DNA of 35,273 bases from Nemertoderma westbladi (taxonomy: Eukaryota > Animalia > Xenacoelomorpha). This document shows positions 1-8,747 of the stretch, piece after piece. The stretch lies in contig JAUCBJ010007565.1 in NCBI GenBank assembly GCA_032718475.1, positions 1 to 35,273 of the forward strand, in the 5' to 3' direction. Below the pieces are notes generated by a model. It was not told the DNA's origin, did no database searches, and was given only the letters and a program-made list of their open reading frames with translations. A program made the position numbers and the translations under genes. The first letter of the stretch is position 1, and each line of letters starts with the position of its first letter.

Positions 1-475
1 GCTATAAACCTGAATGATGACGCGTATGCTGATGAAAATGAAATGATGCGCACCATGGTGCTGCGCTTATAACCAATGATGATAGCCGGGGGGCTATAAA
101 CCCAATGATGATGTGGAAATAAATAAATGTGAAATAAATGGTGGAACTAAATGTGTTGAAATATATGTGGAAATAAATGAAATGAAATGAAATAATAATG
201 AAATGAAAAAAGAAAAAAAAGGTATAAAAGAGGTCAAAGAAAAGAATTGGAAAAAAAGGACAAAAAAGTCATAAAAAACTGGTTGGATATTATGTATAGC
301 TATAGTAACTGTAAATGCTGAATGTATTAGCAATAAGATGATAGATGCCTATATAGCAATGTTATTGAATAAACTGAATTAAATAAAAAACTGAATTATT
401 CTGCTATCGCTATAGTTTCAGACTTTCTGGACTTATAATTAACTGACCTAATTTGTAACGGATATAATCGTAAAT

Positions 476-3076
476 ATGGACCCAAATCGCCAAATTATCG
501 GCGAATTACGTAACACGGTAGATCTACTGGAATATTCGCAACCCGGATCCCCTGACTTTGATACGAATTGGAGCACCCTACTAAATGAGAACGTGCGAGT
601 CATTAAATTCACCGGGCGAGAGGGACCAGATTCTAAGAATCTACGAGCCCTCCGGTTAGCCGATGCTAGTACGAGACTGAAAAGAACTCGGAACGCAAAG
701 GCAACCGGAGGGGACGATTCGTCGTTTTGGGAAACGTTCCGGCAGAGCGTCTACAGATCCCGATGTTTGATCTACGACAACGAGGGAAACGCGACGCCCA
801 CCTCGAAAGCGATTACGTTGGCGAGATGTCAAAGTTTCGTCGACGACAAGAGTACGTACCTCGCCCACTGGGGAAACCTGTCGGAGTGTACGGCGACGCT
901 TCGAGAGGAACGCGTATCGATTATCCAAAACCGCGACGACTACCAGGAAAAGTACGGGGCGAAAGAATACGGTCGATCCTTAGTCGTCGTCCTCGGAACC
1001 CTGGACGGTTTGGTACTGGTGTGCCGAATATTCCCGACACCCAGACAGGAAGTGCAGGCAGCCGGAGCGATCTGGTTGCTGCCTCCGGAAATCCAAAAGA
1101 TCCTCTTCGACTTCGACGTCATTAAAATCGGGTCGGATATCAAGGCGGACGTCCGGAACGACTACGCGAACGCTCCCGCAGGAAGAAACCGACGAAACGA
1201 CCTCAACGCACTTAGCCATTGCATCGACACTCAAACGCTACTAGCCTGGTTACGATTCGCCGAGTTCATGCGAGGATTCCAAGAGGTGAGACCGACGAAA
1301 TCCGGGATCGGCTACCTCGCTGTGCTAAACGGCGGTATCGACTTCAAACCCCAGAAATTCCGGGATTATAATAAAATATACGGTGGATACCCGGGATTGG
1401 AAATAAAGAGCGAGCGAGAGGGTCGATGGAAGGACGTTGATCGGAAATGGACGATACACCAAAGATGGGAGAATCCCGATCGACGGAACTACGTTTACGT
1501 CGTTATGGAATGCTACACCGTCGCTAAGTTTATCTGTAAAACTCTCGATAACCTTATTACGGCGGTCCCCCTTTCCTTCGTCGACTACGACTGGAATGAG
1601 GTTATAAACCACGCGTTTAAAGCGGTCGAGAACATTACACCGGGAGAATCGAAAACGCCCGCCGTTATCGATTCCTGGGACGAGAGCGGACCTTACGACA
1701 TCCCTACGATTACCGAACTTCTCGGTGCGGAGGAGCCTCTGATCTCCTCGGAAGGGGAAGAGATATGGCTAAACGAGGGTGTTCTACTCTCCACCCCGAA
1801 GCGACAACTCGAGCCGGAGGCCGCGTATGGACCGGCCGCCAAACGGGTTGCCTCGGCCGAACCGATGAAGAGAGCAGGCGTCTACACCCCACGCGGCTCC
1901 GGTAGCCCCGCGAGAGAGGTAGCCACTACAGCCGCATTGAGCGACTTCGGCGACATATGCCAACGGTTATCCCAGTATCCTTTCCCGGGCGGCGAAGATT
2001 GGTCGTCGGAGATTCCGAGTACCAGCCAACAACGGACCCGCTCAGCGATACTGGTCGAGGAAGGCCCCAGCGATGCGCCGACACCCGACGATCTCCTCGG
2101 TATCCCTCCGTCGAAAACCCCGGCACCCCTTCGCCGACCAGCGGTGGCTACTACACCCGCCGTTCCTCAGGACCCTATGCGACTAACCCGTTGGTACGCC
2201 GAGCAAACTGAATGGATCCACCGCCAGAAACGGTCGTCCGAGTTGAGACCATCGGGACATAAAGAGGGTTATCGGAGCGAGAACATACTACGCAAAAGCC
2301 TAGCATTCCGCGGGCTACCGACCACCGAGAATATTCCGAAGAGCGACCGACGACTCGAATACTACGCCGGCGTCCCGATTCCGATATTCCCCGGTCGAGA
2401 GATGCAGTTGGAGGTATGCGGCGACTGCGGTTCGGAGCAGTGCCCACGCAGCAGAAGGAATCGGGTTACCGATTCTTGCCTCCAGCTCCTCGGGATACTC
2501 TATTGCCCATACTGCGCGATATCGGGCCACGACGTTTCGGTCTGTCCGATCCTTTATAACCTCTGCACCACGTGCGGTTTCCGTGGACATTCCGCTAGCC
2601 CCCGCTGCTATATTAAATGTCCAACCAAAGACGTTACCGCTATGGGCAATACGGTCATGTTTGAGACATACGCAAACAGCCATTTAAAGACCAAGTTTCG
2701 GAGAAACGCTCGGAATATCGCGCAGGAGATGGCGTGCGGATATTTCTCCTTCCCGGAACGCCTCCACACGTCGGCCTCGCTACCCTTCCATTACGTGGAT
2801 CTGCTACTGAGCGCCGGATTATTCGGTCCATTCGAAGTTATTAGACGATTATATTCGTATAAAGAGGAGTTCGGTGACGGAGAATGGTTCCTAGAGGCAC
2901 GCAACTCCGAGTTGGAAAGACGAACCGACATGATCCCGATGCCTTCGAAAGGAAGAGCCGCCAGGAGACAAGCTGAAGCGTTACTCACGATGGATGTTGA
3001 CGCTCCCCTACCAGCCATAGCGATCGATGAGAGTCGACGGGCGAAGAGACGAAAGGCGTACCAGAAAAAGAAATAA
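476..3076 (+). CDS. 866-aa protein: N-terminal DEDD(y)/WRN-RNase D-like 3'-5' exonuclease domain, Pro/acidic linker, Cys-rich region with two CCHC zinc knuckles, basic NLS-like C-terminus
   Basis: ExoI-like CLIYDNEG (D101,E103). WRN-exo-like LPPEIQKILFDFDVIKIGSDIKAD (D225), then CIDTQTL and SGIGYLA. ExoIII-like YVVME (Y341,E345). CPYCAISGHDVSVC = CX2CX4HX4C (aa 677-690); CTTCGFRGHSASPRC = CX2CX4HX5C (aa 697-711). Ends RRAKRRKAYQKKK. Confidence 0.8.
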   Translation: MDPNRQIIGELRNTVDLLEYSQPGSPDFDTNWSTLLNENVRVIKFTGREGPDSKNLRALRLADASTRLKRTRNAKATGGDDSSFWETFRQSVYRSRCLIYDNEGNATPTSKAITLARCQSFVDDKSTYLAHWGNLSECTATLREERVSIIQNRDDYQEKYGAKEYGRSLVVVLGTLDGLVLVCRIFPTPRQEVQAAGAIWLLPPEIQKILFDFDVIKIGSDIKADVRNDYANAPAGRNRRNDLNALSHCIDTQTLLAWLRFAEFMRGFQEVRPTKSGIGYLAVLNGGIDFKPQKFRDYNKIYGGYPGLEIKSEREGRWKDVDRKWTIHQRWENPDRRNYVYVVMECYTVAKFICKTLDNLITAVPLSFVDYDWNEVINHAFKAVENITPGESKTPAVIDSWDESGPYDIPTITELLGAEEPLISSEGEEIWLNEGVLLSTPKRQLEPEAAYGPAAKRVASAEPMKRAGVYTPRGSGSPAREVATTAALSDFGDICQRLSQYPFPGGEDWSSEIPSTSQQRTRSAILVEEGPSDAPTPDDLLGIPPSKTPAPLRRPAVATTPAVPQDPMRLTRWYAEQTEWIHRQKRSSELRPSGHKEGYRSENILRKSLAFRGLPTTENIPKSDRRLEYYAGVPIPIFPGREMQLEVCGDCGSEQCPRSRRNRVTDSCLQLLGILYCPYCAISGHDVSVCPILYNLCTTCGFRGHSASPRCYIKCPTKDVTAMGNTVMFETYANSHLKTKFRRNARNIAQEMACGYFSFPERLHTSASLPFHYVDLLLSAGLFGPFEVIRRLYSYKEEFGDGEWFLEARNSELERRTDMIPMPSKGRAARRQAEALLTMDVDAPLPAIAIDESRRAKRRKAYQKKK

Positions 3077-3232
3077 TGGATTGGGATATTCCAGGAATAT
3101 TTATCGAACATTTATTTTTATACAAACTCTAGGTCAAATTAATTAAAACTATGCAATATTAAATTTGGGATTTTTTATATTGGGAATGACCTACGCAAAC
3201 TCAATCGACCGACAGACTTCACGAAGGTCATT

Positions 3233-3241
3233 GGGGGGGAC
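3233..3241 (+). promoter_or_regulatory. Polypurine tract (plus-strand priming site) of the LTR element
   Basis: GGGGGGGAC directly upstream of the TGTT LTR start. Confidence 0.65.
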
Positions 3242-4848
3242 TGTTCGCGGTATTTCAACTTTCCATAACGCGAGTTGAATATTTTTGTATTTATTTAAAA
3301 TTGATTATTCCGATATTACTACTGGGTGCGGGACCATGGGTTTTGGGCACATTCAATAAACTGGGGGCGATTTATGGGCGAACTTTGGGGCAACTTACAG
3401 GGTACGGGAATAATTTCATAGTTATAAGGGCCAGGGGGGATGGAAAATGCAAGCAGTATTCAGGTTAGCCTGAGTACTATTAGGCCCTGGCCAACTTCCT
3501 GCTGCCTGTAGGGGTGGATTTGGTAATGCGCCAGGCCTAAAGGACAAGGACTGCCCTTAGCGGTCCCTGGCCAACGGCAGCTACTACGAGACTGAAAAGA
3601 ACTCGGAACGCTGACTGCTTGTGTCAGGGATTTGCGACGGGCACCGACGGCCCCTTAGTAGCCAAGCCGTTCTGGTTCTCGATGATCGAACCCCGGGGTT
3701 CGTGAGGGGTGGAGCGGACACGCGAACAGGTGGCCAACTAACGACTGCCCCCTGACCTAAGCCGTACTGGTTCTCGATGACCGATCCCTTCGGGGTTCGT
3801 GAGGGGTGGGACGGACATGCGAAAGGGCTGGCCACAGGACTGGTTTGACAAGGACTGCCCTTAGCGGTCTCGGGTCAACGGCAGCTACTACGAGCCTGAA
3901 AAGAACTCGGAACGCTGACTGCTTGACTGGGATTTGCGACGGGAACCGACGACAGACCCCTTAGCCAAGCCGTTCTGGTTCTCGATGATCGTTCCCTTCG
4001 GGGTTCGTGAGGGGTGGAACGGACACGCGATGGGGTCGAAAGACAAAGGACTAGACTCGACTAGACTCTACTGGCCTACCGACTGTTCGGAGCAGTTTCT
4101 CGGCTGCCGAAGCGACTACGAGCCTGAAACGGACTCGGAAAGCCTAGGTGGTTGGGTTTCTGTGATGAACTGACGGACCCCTAGCCAAGCCGTTCTGGTT
4201 CTCGATGATCGAACCCTTCGGGGTTCGTGAGGGGTGGAACGGACACGCGAACGGGTCCACCGACACGACAGACTCCTAGCCAAGCCGTACTGGTTCTCGA
4301 TGACCGAACCCTTCGGGGTTCGAGAGGGGTGGTACGGATACGCGACAGAGTCTACCGACTGGACCGACCCTTAGCCAAGCCGTGCTGGTTCTCGATGATC
4401 GTTCCCTTCGGGGTTCGTGAGGGGTGGAACGGACACGCGACAGGGTCGACCGACACCGACACTACGGCACTAAGACTGGGACCGAGGGAAAATCTGGGGA
4501 ACATTAGGTAGGCTAAAATTCTGAGCGAACAGTGGGTTATTAAATAATATACCGTAGGGATTTATATTATCGTGTATAATTATTGTGAATATTTGGTGTA
4601 TAATGATTTGGGGAAGCCCAAAATTATTCTTAATCAGGGTTCAATATTGTTAACAAGGTTCAACAGAGTTCAGTTACATTAAAGAGTATATCCAACTAAT
4701 GCAGCTTTTTCTCAACCGCAACCCTGCATCTCAGAAAACATTCCCTCCCCACAATCAATATCCGGTGACTGGCCGGGGCTCGGTGGTCTGTAAAGTCACG
4801 TCTCCAGCATCGGCGTTTTTCCCCCCTGGTGTTGGGATAACGGCAACA
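3242..4848 (+). repeat. Putative 3' LTR (~1607 bp)
   Basis: Starts TGTTCGCG and ends CGGCAACA (TGTT/AACA terminal inverted repeat). AT-rich TATA-like region at ~4540-4605 and ATTAAA at 4678-4683 ahead of the end. The partner LTR is not in the window, so the right boundary is tentative. Confidence 0.6.
3543..4448 (+). ncRNA. Array of cis structured-RNA modules in the LTR, order B-A-A-B-A-B-A-A-A (A = K-turn/UUCG hairpin; B = GAAA/loop-E-like hairpin)
   Basis: A copies: 3649-3735, 3747-3828, 3955-4037, 4175-4258, 4270-4353, 4365-4448, with compensatory changes in stems. B cores: 3580-3611, ~3884-3915, ~4112-4143. The B-A block is duplicated at a 304-bp offset (3543 vs 3847). Confidence 0.7.
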
Positions 4849-4857
4849 TATTAGGTA

Positions 4858-4897
4858 AATAATTAATACAATTAATAATAATAATAATAATAATAAT
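4858..4897. repeat. (AAT)n microsatellite
   Basis: Imperfect then perfect AAT run. Confidence 0.85.
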
Positions 4898-5821
4898 AGA
4901 ATAGGCCAACAGGCAGAAGTTGGAAGTAATACTGTAATATATAGGAACAATATATAGAAGAACAATAAGTAGCCTACAAGCTGGTTATATGTAATGGCAA
5001 AATATTGTGTTAGGGAATTAAATAAAAAGTTTATTGATATATAATGTATTGAAGGTACTGTATTTATTAAAACGTTTTCAACTATTTTACATTAATTTTC
5101 AAATGGGAGCGACCAAGCTTGAAAATATATTGTTCATTCACCGCGATTTTGGAGCCAACCCCCCACCCCCCCCCACCCCTCAGCTACGCCACTGACAGTT
5201 ACAAATAGATTTATTTATTGTTTAAATCAAGTGAAATTAATCCATTAAGCTTATCATCCTCGTGCTCTTGACAGGGCCTGTTGGGATATACGGTTAAAAA
5301 AACGCAATAATTTTTTGTTGTCTGTTTAAATCCTTTTTTTGTCCTTTTTTTTACTTTTTATGTCCTCCAGAAATCTACCGTTGGGTTCCTTGCTACCGCG
5401 GTTTATCTACTGCTGTTCTCTTAGGCTATAAGTACCGGTATTAGTATATATCAGTATATAGAGCATTATTTTGCAGTATTGCATTGTATGTAGGTATAAA
5501 GCATATGCCTTATAAATAATTATACTTTCTGACTGTATTATACTTCATTACAGCATTAGGTACTGACTCGCTGATTCTGTGATATGTACAGTTGTAAATA
5601 TGATAGGCGAGGCCCAATTGAGGAATTGTGATAAAGTAGTCCAAGTCGTTTTGTTTTATTCACTGTTCAACTTTCTCCTGTTTTTATTATGTGCAGTTTT
5701 GTTTATACGCTTCTATGACAGCGGTGTCTCCACACCCACATAATATAATAATAATAATGATAAAGGTAATTTATTAATTACGGTAATTTCAGAATTTTAG
5801 TACCGGTACCGGTTTTACATA

Positions 5822-6858
5822 GTTTATTGTTTTGGTTAGAAAATCCCGCCTCGGTAACCCGCCCCTTTCCCTCAATTAGTTAAATGATTGTTTATTGTTT
5901 TGGTTAGAAAATCCCGCCTCTGTAACCTGCTCCTTTCCTTCATTTGGTAAAGTGACTGTTTATTGTTTTGGTTAGAAAAGGCCCGCCTCTGTAACCCGCC
6001 CCTTTCACTCAATTAGTTAAATGATTGTTTATTGTTTTGGTTAGAAAATCCCGCCTCTGTAACCTGCTCCTTTCCCTCAATTAGTTAAGTGATCGATTAT
6101 TTTTTTGGTTAGAAAATCCCGCCTCTGTAACCTGCTCCTTTCCCTGATTTGGTAAAGTGATCGTTTATTGTTTTGGTTAGAAAAGCCCGCCTCTTTAACC
6201 TGCTCCTTTCCCTCAATTGGTAATGTTATCGTTTATTGTTTTGGTTAGAAAAGACCATCTATGTAACCTGCTCCTTTCCTTCATTTGGTAAAGTGACTGT
6301 TTATTCTGTTATTGTTTTGGTTAGAAAATCCCGCCTATGTAACCCGCTCCTTGCTTTCCCTCAATTAGTTAAATGATCGTTTTATTGTTTTGGTTAGAAA
6401 ATCCCGCCTCTGTAACCTGCTCCTTTCCCTGCTTTGGTAAAGTGATCGTTTATTGTTTTGGTTAGAAAAGCCCGCCTCTTTAACCTTCTCCTTTCCCTCA
6501 ATTAGTTTAAGTGATCGTTTATTGTTTTGGTTAGGAAATCCCGCCTCTGTAACCTGCTCCTTTCCCTCAATTGGTAATGCTATCGTTTATTGTTTTGGTT
6601 AGAAAATCCCGCCTCTGTAACCTGCTCCTTTCTCTCAATTGGTAATGTTATCGTTTATTGTTTTGGTTAGAAAATCCCGTCTCTGTAACCTGCTCCTTTC
6701 CCTCAATTAGTTAAATGATCGTTTATTGTTTTGGTTAGAAAATCCCGTCTCTGTAACCTGCTCCTTTCCCTGATTTGGTAAAGTGACTGTTTATTGTTTT
6801 GGTTAGAAAACTCGGCCTTAACCTGCTCCTTTCCATCAATTGGTAATTGTTTTTGGCT
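5822..6858. repeat. 68-bp minisatellite, ~15 copies
   Basis: Unit GTTTATTGTTTTGGTTAGAAAATCCCGCCTCTGTAACCTGCTCCTTTCCCTCAATTAGTTAAATGATC; unit starts at 5822, 5890, 5958. Confidence 0.95.
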
Positions 6859-7553
6859 ATAAAATGAGTGTTTTGCTACGTCATGTGGTAATCGATTATC
6901 GACAACAACCACAAACTATTAAATATAGAGTCTTTTTACCACAGGCGCATATGGAAATCTATCTCATAGTCTATAAATCATGGAATCATGGAATGTTTTG
7001 GCACAGGCATAGTGAAATCAACTGTCTGACAGTCCAGAAATCAGCAGTCTGACAGTTTGAAGAAATACATACATAAAAAGTGACAATAAAAGTCATTAAA
7101 TGGACAACAAAAGTCATTATGCATAATTCGTAAAAAAAAAGTGACAAAAAAAGTCAAATAAATTGACATAAAAAATCACTGCCTTAAAAAAATTGACGTA
7201 TTTTGTATTGCAGTACCGGTACTGAGTCTGTAGGTAGAGTACCGGTAGGCCTACCGGCTGACCGGTATTGTCAGTTTGTTAGAACTGTCTGACTGTAGAA
7301 TGTTAGGTCAGTACCGGTACATCAGTACATTCAGTGGGTCGTAGCTCGTAGGCCAGGTAGGCCTAGCTGCCTAGGACAGTAGGACTATTATTGATCCGAT
7401 TCTGAAATGGGCGTACCGGTAATGTCAGTGTCAGAATGTTGACTGTTAATATCGCAGCACCAGACCCAAGACCAGATTGTTGTGTTGTGTTGGCGCTTGC
7501 GCTTGGCAAGACCAGGAATGGCTTTACTGGTATTGAAATTCGAAAATTTAAAA

Positions 7554-7654
7554 ATGGAAAACGATTTTAAATTTCTTATTGCTGGAATTTGCGTTTGTGT
7601 AATATCGGTTATTATCTTGTTTCTTTGCATATGCATTAGAGAAAGGAAGAAAAG
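7554..7654 (+). CDS. Coding exon 1 of PAG1/Cbp-like transmembrane adaptor (TM helix + CxC + basic stop-transfer); alternative in-frame ATG at 7518
   Basis: MENDFKFLIAGICVCVISVIILFLCICIRERKK, ending at a perfect donor AAG|GTGAGT (phase 2). Confidence 0.8.
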
Positions 7655-8457
7655 GTGAGTTTGGAGTTTTCCAGTTCTCAATTGCTGAATTGGTTTACTA
7701 TTATTGATTAATAATATTATACATACACCCCCAACTCCCCCCAAGCTGCCAAGCGGGGTAAATCGGTACCGTACAGCCGTACCGATTAAAACGTGTAAAA
7801 ATATTAATTCTTTATAAAAATTCATAGTTGTACAGTTGTAGTACTGTAGTGTAGTATACCGGTATACCTGTATACAGATAACAGATATAGTACCAGTACA
7901 GCAGTATATATACTGATATAGGCCTATATATATATATCAGTATATATACTGTACCGGTAGTATACCGGTGTAAAAAAAGGTCAGTCCCCACGCCCAAAAG
8001 TAATTATGCCCAAACCCAATGACAGAATGAACCCCGGTCTGCCAACTGGCCTAGGCCACCCTTGACATAAAGTGCTATAACTTTTATTTTTATTTTAATG
8101 TCCTGTCCGCCTGTCAGTTTTTATTACTTCAGTACTTCTACCAGTAAATGAAGCTGAATAATTTTTCAATAAAATGACATATAAATAAACCATATCTTTA
8201 ACTGATTCCATTATTTTACAGTGACATGGCAAAGTTTCAGTTCAAGAAAAAGTGCAGCTTTTAGGTTTTGTGATTTTTGAGTAACACACACTAGGTGCCT
8301 TCGGAACAGGTTAATGCTTGCCCATACAGCCATATTGCAGTATTGTAATGATGTTGAATAGTATGTGTGTTAAATTATAATTTATAAATATTTCCATTTA
8401 TTCGATTTCTTTAGGTAACTTTTAGATGGGTTAGGCCTATTTACCCTCAAAAAATCA

Positions 8458-8503
8458 TGGCCATACCACCCCTCCAAATTTAGACATTGGGGTGGTATGG
8501 CCA
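8458..8503. repeat. 15-bp perfect inverted repeat with 16-nt spacer
   Basis: TGGCCATACCACCCC (8458-8472) / GGGGTGGTATGGCCA (8489-8503). Confidence 0.9.
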
Positions 8504-8747
8504 CAAGACAGCAATAACAACTGCCAGGGACAGGAACTGATGGACAGACCATTAATATTTGCTAGGCCTGCTGTACTTTCTATTCTATTGCTTTCGTTTG
8601 TTTATACATTTTGTGAAACACTACACATATAACTCTATACTGGTAGCTGGTATATTCTACCATAGTGCAGTGCAGTATATTGGTTTAATTAAAATATTGC
8701 TTTAATTATTAATCATAATTGTTTTCTTCCTGTACAGTTCTTCTTGT

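Larger units (their letters stand above)
1..4848 (+). mobile_element. 3' portion of a putative LTR retrotransposon (accessory ORF + PPT + 3' LTR); BEL/Pao- or Ty3/Gypsy-like, with gag-pol presumably upstream of the window
   Basis: Intronless CpG-rich ORF with CCHC knuckles, then G-run PPT (GGGGGGGA, 3233-3240) followed after one base by TGTTCGCG (3242). A matching ...CGGCAACA end lies at 4848, after which the sequence becomes AT-rich. No RT or integrase is in the window, so the superfamily is inferred only. Confidence 0.7.

Noticed and set aside
656-3111. Short overlapping and antisense ORFs within the 866-aa ORF (likewise within SLC25A35 and the terminal exon)
   Set aside because: Expected shadows of GC-rich coding sequence with no recognisable motifs
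3680-4425. AUGA...GA cores as SECIS elements
   Set aside because: The upper helix is only ~7 bp capped by UUCG with no apical AAR, and the upstream ORF has no in-frame TGA; a generic K-turn fits better
3649-4448. Repeat-spacer pattern resembling a CRISPR array
   Set aside because: Repeats are ~65-85 nt with covarying stems, linkers are short and irregular, there are no cas genes, and the context is eukaryotic
5155-5195. C-run plus GCTACGCCACTG resembling a MITE terminus
   Set aside because: No partner terminus or TSD found in the window
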